This document shows positions 49,227 through 58,157 of a stretch of 64,000 nt of DNA, in pieces (position 1 is the first letter of the stretch; every line of letters starts with the position of its first letter). Source of the DNA: an uncultured Gemmatimonadales bacterium (GTDB lineage Bacteria > Gemmatimonadota > Gemmatimonadetes > Gemmatimonadales > GWC2-71-9); NCBI GenBank assembly GCA_963842945.1, contig CAWJIM010000003.1:1-64000 (forward strand), read 5' to 3'. The notes under the pieces are model-generated. The model was given only the letters and a program-made list of their open reading frames with translations. It was not told the DNA's origin and searched no databases. A program made the translations under genes and the position numbers.

Positions 49227-51507
49227 TCAGCGGATTGGCTGCTCCTCTAGACCCACCCGCAGATCGAAGTCTTCACGAGCAAGACCTCGCGTGACTGGGC
49301 CCCCCTGTCGCTCGGGGATGGGCGCCTCACTCCACCCAGCGGCTTCCAGTACCTCCGCGGTTAGCCGGTTCACGGTATCGGCCTGATCCGGCGTTGTCGC
49401 GTTCGCCGCGGCCAGGTCGAGCCAGGCCAGGCGCTTCCGCAAAGGCATACCGTTCCACCGCGGCATCTCCGGCGATTCGGGCAAAGCGATAGGCGAGCGC
49501 CGGCTCGCCTCCCCGGTCGGCATGCCGGGCGATCTCTCGCGCCATCTCGCCACTGCCGGATGAGGCTGTAAGCCGCTCGAGCGCAAGCGCCAGGCTTCGA
49601 TGAACCTCGCCCCTGCGGGCGTCGCTCAGTCCATCGCGCACCACATGGGCAATGACCGGGTGAGCGCAGCGGTAAGAGCCTCCTTCCTCAACCAGAAGGC
49701 GCCGATCAACCAGGGCGTCGGCCACTCCCGCTGCGTGCAGTCGCGAGATGCCGTGCACGTGCGAGAGCACCTCCGAGCGGCACCCCAAACCGGCCACCGC
49801 GACGGTCATGAGGATTTCCCGCAGCTCGTCAGGGAGTCGTTCGATCCGCTCCGCAATGACATCGTGCACGGTCTGAGAGACGGGAAACTCCCTTCCCTGC
49901 TGGCTCATGGCTTGAGGGGAGACAGTCCACTCGCCGGTCTCATCGTCCACCGCGAGCAGGCCCTGGGCGAACATGGTCTTCAGTAGCTCGATGACGTAGA
50001 ACGGGTTACCAGCGGTCACTCCATAGATCCGATTGGCGAACCGCCTGGCACCCGTCGGCGTGCTCACATGCCCCATCTCATGGATCATCCGCCAGAGCTC
50101 TTCCTCCCTCAGTGGCTGAACCGAAATGACAGTGGCGTGAGATTTGGCCCGCAGGACCCGACACAATCGCACCGAGGGTGCATCTCGTTCTACTTCTCCC
50201 GAGTTCAGGGTACCCAGCCAGAGCACCGGGGCTTCTTCGGTCCGCCGAACCAGGTACCGCAGCAGGTCGCAGCTCTCGCCGTCACACCACTGCATGTCAT
50301 CAATCGAAACAACCAGCGGACGCTCCGCTGCCAGGGCGAGAATTACCTGCGCCACGCCCTCGAACAGCCGCCACGCGGAGGAGCTGTCCACCGGCGGCGA
50401 TAGCTCAGGCAGCGAGGGGAACCGCTGCCGCATTTCCGGCTGCAGGCGAGCCACTTCGGCCAGCCACTCGGGGGGCGCACCGGCCAGTCCCGGCGTGCTG
50501 AGCGCATCGCGCAGCATCTCCATGACCGGCTCGTAGGGAATGCCGGGTTTGGCGTCGTAGCCGTGGCCTCGCAAGACACTGCCGGCATTGGCCACGGCCC
50601 AACGGAGAAACTCTTCGGCCAGACGCGATTTGCCGACGCCGGCCTCCCCCTCGAGCAGCACGATCCTGCTCTGGCCTCGTTTCACTTCTTTCCAGGTTTC
50701 CAGCAGCGATCCCCACTCGTTTTCCCGCCCGATCAGCCTGGCTTCGAAGCTGGGTGCCCGGGCATACCACTCATCCGACATGGGACGAGCATTGATGGGA
50801 GAGACATCGGCTTCGACCCGACGAATAAGGTTGAGCAACCCCCGGCTGGGCTCGCACCCGGTCTCCTGGAGCAGAGTTGCTCGGTACTGCTGGTAGCGTC
50901 CGAGCGCGGCGCCCCGGTCGCCGGCCAGATAGCGCGCCTCGATGGCCAGCCGGACCGCGTCGTCGGAGAGCGGATCACCCGCGAGCCAGCGGTCGGCGAT
51001 CGCGATGGCATCGCGCCAGCGCCACTGGCCCATTGCTTCCCGGGTCAGTGTGCTCAGGGCCTCCTGGTATTGATGCATGAGGCCGCGCCGAGTCTCGGCG
51101 GCCCACTCTTCGAATCGTGGAGAATGACGAATGGAAAAACCCGAGAGGAAGCGCGGAATCTCCGTGGTGAGCGCAAGGGCCGGCTCCTGGGCCGCTCGGC
51201 GGCGAAATTCGCACACCTCGCAATCCAGGGGGCCTTCCAGACCTACACTCGCGCGGCTGATGCGGAGCAGCTCGCCGATCTGACCCCGGAGATGTTTCAG
51301 CGCCTGCCGGAGGGACGCCCGCGCCTCGTCATCGGACGACTCTCCCCAGAGGAGTCCGGCCAATTCCTCGCGGGTGTGAAGTCCGGATTCCAGAGCGAGA
51401 TAGGTGAGAAGGGCGAGCGCCTTGGCGCTGGGCTGCGGCACCAGGCGGCCCGTATCGGCGCGGGCGAGTATCGGTGGACCGAGCAGAGTCAGGCAGACGT
51501 CTGCCAC
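49227..51507 (-). CDS. SARP/AfsR-like regulator: wHTH-BTAD-AAA ATPase (frameshift near 49430)
   Basis: LTLLGPP, REELAGLLWGE...ARASLRQAL, DPLSD, GCEPS, LIGRE, GEAGVGKSRL, IDDMQWCD, TAGNPFY. Confidence 0.88.
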
Positions 51508-51569
51508 CGTAATGGTCCTGTGGGGGATGTTACAACCTGGAGAGGAAAACCCGGACCGGCAAGGGGCCT

Positions 51570-51611
51570 TTCACGATCAATTCACGATCGGTCGTCAAAT
51601 TGTGCTACGAT
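51570..51611 (+). promoter_or_regulatory. Putative activator-dependent promoter 1
   Basis: TTCACGATC at 51570 and 51581 (11-bp period), then ATTGTGC-TACGAT (extended -10-like). Confidence 0.6.
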
Positions 51612-51640
51612 TTCAACACCCGACCCAAGGAGGTCACATC

Positions 51641-51804
51641 ATGTCAGGCAGCGACACCTTCCGGATCACCCTTACCCCGGAGCAGAAGGAACAGGTGCGT
51701 AAGGCTACCGGGAAAGAGGCGAACACCATCGAGTTGACCGTCGAAGAGTTGGAAGAGCGCATCGCGCCGATGACCCTGGGAAGCGGAGAGCGTACCCCAG
51801 CTGA
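51641..51804 (+). CDS. Precursor-like peptide 1 (about 54 aa, ...VEELEERIAP-MTLG...)
   Basis: AAGGAGGT RBS; MSGSDTFRITLTPEQKEQVRKATGKEANTIELTVEELEERIAPMTLG; TGA at 51802 is one base out of frame (probable indel), and as given the frame reads on to 52003. Confidence 0.75.
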
Positions 51805-51806
51805 AA

Positions 51807-51848
51807 TTCACGGAACTTTCACGGAAGCCGTGAAGATTGTGCCATCGT
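51807..51848 (+). promoter_or_regulatory. Putative activator-dependent promoter 2
   Basis: TTCACGGAA at 51807 and 51818 (11-bp period), then ATTGTGC-CATCGT at the same spacing as promoter 1. Confidence 0.6.
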
Positions 51849-51896
51849 TTCGCCACACCAGTCACATCACGCATAAACACCTTGCCGGAGGACATC

Positions 51897-52037
51897 ATGA
51901 AAGACCAGAAGAATCAGTTCCGCATCGAGCTGACCCCGGACCAGAAGAATCAGGTTCGCCACGCAACCGGCAAGGATGCAGAGGCAGTGGAGCTCTCGGT
52001 TGAAGAGTTGGAGGAGAGGATCGCCCCTGCCAGCTGA
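51897..52037 (+). CDS. Precursor-like peptide 2 (46 aa)
   Basis: GGAGG RBS; MKDQKNQFRIELTPDQKNQVRHATGKDAEAVELSVEELEERIAPAS; 28/37 identical to peptide 1 over the shared block. Confidence 0.8.
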   Translation: MKDQKNQFRIELTPDQKNQVRHATGKDAEAVELSVEELEERIAPAS

Positions 52038-52067
52038 AGCCGCAAGCCGAGTAGCGGTAATCTGGGT

Positions 52068-52136
52068 GGCCCAAGCCAAGGTATCGGCTTGGGCCCCCGC
52101 CGCCGACCGGTCCGGACCTCAACGGGTCCGGACCGG
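52068..52136 (+). other. Two tandem GC-rich hairpins after the peptide genes
   Basis: GGCCCAAGCC/GGCTTGGGCC (52068-52095) and CCGGTCCGGACC/GGTCCGGACCGG (52107-52136); no adjacent U-tract. Confidence 0.7.
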
Positions 52137-52196
52137 CCGTCTGGTGCATATGGTTTTCACGCTACAGCTTAGAACGTCCTCACAAGTCCCGATCCC

Positions 52197-54137
52197 ATGC
52201 CGGACATCATCAGCTCCCCCGAAAGCTCCATTGAAGAGCTCCGGGATGAGGTAGCCCGCCTTCGGCTGATCCACGCGATCGGCCTCGAGTTCAGCACGTC
52301 GCTGGACTTCGACGAGCTGCTTCCCCGGATCTTCCATCGCGTGCTGGAGGCGCTCGGCGCCGAGGGTGGGTCCCTCTGGATCGCGGAGGATGAAGAGCTC
52401 TGTTGCCGACTGGCCGAGGGGAGAGCGGGCAAGAAGCTGGTCGGCGCCCGGGTGCCGATCGGCACCGGGTTCGTGGGTGACGTGGCCCAGCGGCCCAGGA
52501 CCACGATCGTGACCCGCGCCGTGGAAGACCCGCGCTACCAGCCGGCCCTCGACTCGGGAGAAGCTCTCGCCACTACCGTCATGGCCACGGCCATGGTATC
52601 CGGCGGGGTCACCGTCGGATCGATTCAGGTAGCCAACAAGGTGACCGGCGATGGCATCTTCGATCAGCGCGACCGGGAGCTGCTCGAGGGACTTGCCGCC
52701 AGTGCAGCCGCTGCCCTCCGCAACGCGCAGCTCCACAGCGTCGAAAGCCGGGCTCGGGACCTGGCGGTCCTGCTGGAGATCAGCCGTGAGATCACCGCCA
52801 CGCTCGACCTCGACCGGGTGCTCCGCTCGGTAGTGAATCTCGCGTCTCAGGCGCTGCCGTTCGACCGCGGAGCAGTGGGTCTATATCAGAAGGGTCAGTG
52901 CGAGATCCGCGCGGTGGCAGGACAGGAGAAAGTCGACCAGGATGACCCCAAGCTGCAGGACCTGATAGCCCGGGCGGCGTGGGCGGCAGGTCATGGAGAG
53001 CAGCTCTATCTCTCCGATCGGACCAACACCGCCTCGGATGCCGAGCGGATGTTCGTCTCGATATTCGGCCCAGACCTGGAGTCGGACGGAGTCGAGAGCG
53101 GGCTCTACCTGCCGCTCAAGGATGAAGAGGGAGTCGTCGGGGTTCTGGTCTTCGAGTCGGGCAAGCCTGACCTCGCCACCGAGAGCCAGCTCGAAGTCGC
53201 GGCCATCCTGGCCAACCAGACCACGGTCGCCCTTCGCAACGCCCAGCTCTACCACGAGGTCCCCATGGTGGACGCGCTGGGAGCGCTCGCCGCCAAGAAG
53301 AAGGCACTGTCTTTCCCTGCCCCGCCGCAAACTGCAGCTGTACCTCGCCGTTGCCCTCGCCGTCCTGGCCGCATTGACCCTGTTCCGCTGGCCCCTTCGG
53401 GTGTCCGGCAGCGGGGCCAGTTTCCGGCCGGTCGCCTATGCTCCGGTCCGAGCGCAGGTAGCCGGCGTGGTCGAGCGGCTGCTGGTTAACGAGGGATCCA
53501 CGGTCTCCCGCGGTGCGCCACTCGCGACGCTGCGCGCCACCGACCTCATGGCCGAGCGCGCGACCACGGCCGCAGACCTGGAAGCGGCGGAGCGCTCCGC
53601 CGCGCTGGCAGCGAGCCGGGGCGATCCGGCAGAGCAGCGGATGCAGCAGATCCGCGGTGAATCGCTGCGCCAGGAGCTGGCGTTGCTGGACGAGGAGGTG
53701 GCGCTCACCACGGTTCGAGCACCAACAGCGGGTATGGTACTCACTCCTCATGTCGGCGAGCAGGTCGGCAGCTCGCTCGAGGAAGGTGATCTGCTGCTGA
53801 CGCTTGGGCCGGACCGACACGCTGGAGCTCGAGTTCGGGATCGATCAAAGAGACATCGCCCGGGTGACGCCGGGACAGACGACCCTGCTGCGGGTGGACG
53901 CGCTGCCGCAGCGCACATTCGACGCACGGGTGACCTCGGTCGGCCTGGTTCCACTCGACAGCGGTTCCACGGTGCACTACCCGGTCCGGGCCGTGGTGGC
54001 CAATCCTCAGGGTCTCTTGAAGCCCCAGATGGCGGCATACGCCAGAGTGCTCACCTCACCGCGAGAGCGCGCTCGATCGAGTGCTCCGAGGGCCGAGCCG
54101 GTGGCTCAGGGTAGCGTGGTGGAAGGTGCGTCCATGA
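52197..54137 (+). CDS. GAF-GAF-TM-membrane fusion (HlyD-like) protein, frameshifts near 53315, 53805 and 54070-54100
   Basis: Two GAF domains (LDFDELL...ALRNAQL; LDLDRVL...ALRNAQL), a TM helix, VRAQVAGVVERLLVNEG.TV.RG.PL and VRAPTAG lipoyl-like halves. Confidence 0.82.
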
Positions 54138-55113
54138 GATATCTCCCTCTCGCTCGCCGGCCTCGTGGCCTGTGGTCAGCAGCCTGCCGCCCGTCCTCCA
54201 GCACAGGGGACGGAAACTGCGTCACTCACCGCGCAGGCGCCGAATGTCGTCTCGGTGGACACGGTAACGCTTCAGGTCCCGCTCAGACTGCCATCGCAAC
54301 TCTACGTGGAGCACGATGCGGCGGTTTTCGCCCGATCCTCGGGCGTGGTCCAGTCCATTCTGGCCGATCTCGGTAGCCGGGTTCGAGCCGGGCAGTTGCT
54401 GGCGCAACTGGAGACCACGGACCAGGAGATTGCGCTGTCTCAGGCGCGGGAAAAGTTCACCAGCGCCCAACAGACAGTCGAGCGGCAGCGGGCATTGAAG
54501 GTGGCGGGCGTCGTCACCCAGGCCGACTCCGAACGGATCGAGAGCGAATATCGCGAGGCAGTCCTGGATCTGCGGAAGGCCGAACGCGATCTCGATCTGA
54601 CTCACATCACCGCACCATTTGCCGGGATGGATCACCGCCCGCTCGGCGCGGATCCACCGGATGGTCAATTCAGGCGACTCGCTGTTTCGGATTACGGCAA
54701 TGAGTCCGTTACTCGCCGCTATTCGGGTACCCGAGGCTTCCGCAGGGGGAATCCGCATCGGAACCTCGGCTGAGGTGGTGGGCCCGAACGGGGTAACCGT
54801 CTCTGCCCGGGTCATTCGAGCGTCGCCCGTGCTGGACGCGGGGAGCGGCACCCGTGAAATCATCCTGCAACTCGGCGAACAGGCCGCCGGCCTCACCCCG
54901 GGGAACAACGTCACCATTCAGCTGGGGGCAACCCGCCGGCAGGTCGTGGTAGTGCCCCGAACGGCGGTCGCGCAGGACGGCTATGCCCTGATCTGGGATA
55001 ATGAGAAGACGATCCTTCGCCCGGTGACCATCGGCGCCGAGCTGGGCGACGGGAGGGTTGAGGTGCTGAGCGGGCTCGCTGCCGGAGAGAAGGTCGTCCG
55101 GAGCGCGCAATGA
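54134..55113 (+). CDS. RND-type periplasmic adaptor (MFP), probable lipoprotein, frameshifted
   Basis: LVAC lipobox; ARSSGVV..DLGSRVRAGQLLAQL; ITAPF.G; VEVLSGLAAGEKVV; ATGA overlap with the upstream gene. Confidence 0.85.
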
Positions 55114-57162
55114 GCAGCGGCCCCAAGCTTCGCGAAGATCTCGTGCTGGTGGAGCAGACCTACCGCGGGGAGCAGAGCTTCATCGTAAAGGATCCGGAGA
55201 GCCGCAAGTACTTTCGGTTCCGCCCGCTGGAGATCCGGGTGATGCAAGCTCTGGACGGCCAGCACACACCGGCAGCCGCGGCGGACCTGCTCCGGGCCAA
55301 CGGCGTCCCGGTATCCGCAGCCGCGGTGGAGAAGTTCGCCGCCAAGCTGACCGGGATGGGACTCTGCCAGAGGACGCTGGCCGAGCAATCGGTGTTGTTG
55401 ATGGAACGGCTCCGCGCCGAACGTCGCCGGCGGCTGAGTCCGCGAGTGTTTCAGGGCGATCTCTTCCGGATCAGGTGGTCGGTCGGTGATCCGGATGAGT
55501 TGCTGAACCGCTGGTTGCCGCGTCTGCGGTTCTGCTTCTCCCGCACATTCCTCGGCCTCTCGGTTGCGCTGTTCCTGGTCTATTTCGTAATCGTGGGTCT
55601 CAGGTGGTCGGAATTTTCCAGCGCACTGGCTGACCTCTACACGCTCAGAGTGGGCTTCGGGGATCTGGTGGTGCTGTGGGTGACCGGCACCGTCATTATC
55701 GCGATCCACGAGCTGGGTCATGGCTTCACCTGCAAGTATTTCGGCGGCGAAGTGCACGAGATCGGTGCAATGCTGATCTATTTCGAGCCTGCGTTCTTCT
55801 GCAACGTAAATGACGCCTGGACCTTTCCGGAGCTGCGCGCCCGGCTCTGGGTTACCGCCGCCGGTTCCTGGATTCAACTGGTACTCGCCAGCGTCGCGGC
55901 CATCATCTGGTGGGCCGCCAACCCGGGTACCCTGGTGTCGCAGGTGGCGTTTGCCGCGGTTCTCATCGGCGGGCTCACCACGGTCCTGATGAACCTGAAT
56001 CCGCTGATCCCGCTGGATGGCTACTATGCGCTGAGCGACTATCTCGAGGTTCCCAACCTGCGGCAACGCGCCGGACGCCATGTCTCCTGGCTGATCAAAA
56101 CCCGGGTGTTCCGTCTGGATCTGCCGGAACCTCCGGCCGACGAGCGGGAACGGCGCATCTTCCTGATCTATGGCACCCTGGCGGCCGGATACATCACCCT
56201 GATCCTGGCCTTCTGTGCCGTCAACACCTATGGCTGGCTCAGCCGCACACTCGGCAGCATCGGAACCCTGATCTTTGCGGGTATGGTCTTGCTTGCCCTC
56301 CGGCGGCAACTCCTGGCTGTGGAAGGATTCGTTGGCAGCCGTATTTCACAAGCTGACTACCCGGCTGAGATCCGCCCGGGTTCGGTCGCGGCTGCTGGCC
56401 GGTGCCGCCGTGGTGCTCATCCTTGGATGTCTGATCCCCTGGCCAATCACGGTCTCGGGCCCGTTCACGGTCTGGGCTGGGGCATCGCTCCCCCTGACAG
56501 CACCGGACAGTGGGATGGTCGGTCAGGTCAATGTTCGGGAGGGAAGCTGGGTGGAGACAGGGAGCCCGCTGCTTCGGCTTCGCAGCTTCGGCCTGGAGCG
56601 GGAGGCGGTTGTGCTTCGTCGGACGGTCGATTCGCTGTCTCTGGCGATTGCCCGGGCCAGGGCTGCCGACCGGTCCTCGGACGTGGCCCAGATGGAGGCT
56701 CTCCTGTCCGTCGACGCAGCCAGGCTGGGAGGACTCGACGATCAAATCCGCGCTTTCAGCATACGGGCGGTAAGTTCCGGCAGAGTCCTCACCCCGCGGC
56801 CGGAAGAGCTGGCGGGCCGCGGAGTCTCCCGGGGAGAGGTTCTGCTCCGCCTGGGACGAGTGGACAGTCTCGAAGTGCGGATCTCGCTCAGGGGAGCCGG
56901 GGCGAGCTCGGTTGTGTCGGGCCAGCCAGTCAGCCTCCTCCCCAACACCATGGCGGCAGAGGCGCTGACCAGCAGAATCCTTCAGGTATCCACCACCGCC
57001 GAGCCGACCCACTCGCTGGAAGGAAGGGTGCGGTTGGCGGCGCTCGACCCCTGGCGCCCGGGGATGAGCGGCCGGGCCAGAGTCACGCTGCGCCAGTCCA
57101 ACCTCTGGGGCGCCCTCTGGTGGTCCATTCGGCGGGAGATTCGGAGCGATATCCTCCTCTGA
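55110..57162 (+). CDS. PqqD/RRE-like domain - M50 (site-2) zinc protease - MFP fusion (frameshift near 56320)
   Basis: N-terminal FIVKDP...YFRF...LDG.HT...L..MGL; HELGH; AAGS; NLNPLIPLDGYY; C-terminal APDSG.V..V.VREG.WV..G.PL and RPGMSGRARV. Confidence 0.85.
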
Positions 57163-57242
57163 GCTGACCGCTTGCGCAGATCATGCCCGTGTTACAACCA
57201 TATAGCATCTCGTTTTCAGGAGCTTGCACCATTCGCCGTGAC

Positions 57243-58072
57243 ATGCTGGCCCTGGTGCGTCAAGCCTTTGATGGGCGCTACCAAGTCGAAAGTGAGATCG
57301 GCCGGGGGGAAACGCGCGCATCTTTCTCGCTCGTGACGCCGAGGGGCGCCCTGTCGCGCTCAAGATCCTGCATCCCGAGCTCCTGGTCAGCGTCGCCGCC
57401 GACCGATTTCTCCGGGAGATCAAGCTCGCTTCTCAGCTCAGCCACCCTCATATCGCGCGGCTGCTGGATTCAGGAGAACGCGACTGGCTGATCTACTACG
57501 TGATGGAGTTCGTGGACGGCCAAACCCTGCGGGAGCGGCTCGACAGCTCGCGGCAACTCTCGATCGTGGAGACCCTCCGGATCGCATCCGATCTGCTGGA
57601 TGCGCTGGATCATGCCCACCGGCAGGGCATCATTCACCGCGACGTCAAACCCGCCAACGTGGTGCTGTCGGCGCGCGGCGCAATACTGCTGGACTTCGGC
57701 ATTGCCCGGGCGGTCATTGCTTCGGGAACCGACCAGCTGACCCGGTCGGGAATTGCCGTCGGGACATCGACCTACATGAGCCCGGAGCAGATCACGGCGG
57801 TGACCGACATCGATCACCGCAGCGACCTGTACTCGGTGGGCTGCGTGCTCTACGAGTGCCTGGCGGGCCAGGCGCCATTCGTCCACCGCAACGAGGCCGT
57901 GGTGCTGCAGCTCCACCTCACTCAGCCGGCTCCGGACGTCCGCACCCTCCGCGGCGACACACCCCCGGAGCTTGCCACCGCAATCGCCAAGGCTATGGCC
58001 AAGGCGCCCAACGATCGCTGGCGCTCGGCGGCCGAGATGCGAGAGACCTTGGCGGCGGTGCCCGTCCCGTAA
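57243..58072 (+). CDS. Stand-alone Ser/Thr protein kinase (frameshift near 57310)
   Basis: EIGRG, VALKILHPE, RFLREI, HRDVKPAN, DFG, GTSTYMSPEQ; no TM or C-terminal domain. Confidence 0.88.
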
Positions 58073-58157
58073 TCTCGAATCGCAGGTTCCCTCTGCTGGC
58101 CCGCTCCAGTACCCATCTCTATCTTGTAAAGACACTCCCGATTTCCGAGGCATCCCC

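Noticed and set aside
51404..52003. 199-aa ORF spanning both peptide genes
   Set aside because: It overlaps the regulator start and the second promoter/RBS; an internal RBS at 51627 and paralogy favour two short genes
51641..52037. Peptides as PqqA or lanthipeptide precursors
   Set aside because: No ExxxY motif, no Cys in the frames as read, and no pqq or lan enzymes in the window
52197..52270. SIEELRDEVA in the GAF protein resembling the peptide motif VEELEERIA
   Set aside because: Better explained as a generic coiled-coil helix preceding a GAF domain
49072..57162. Peptide cluster as a tRNA-integrated genomic island
   Set aside because: The cluster is on the 5' side of tRNA-Asn, and I saw no integrase, duplicated tRNA 3' end or obvious composition shift
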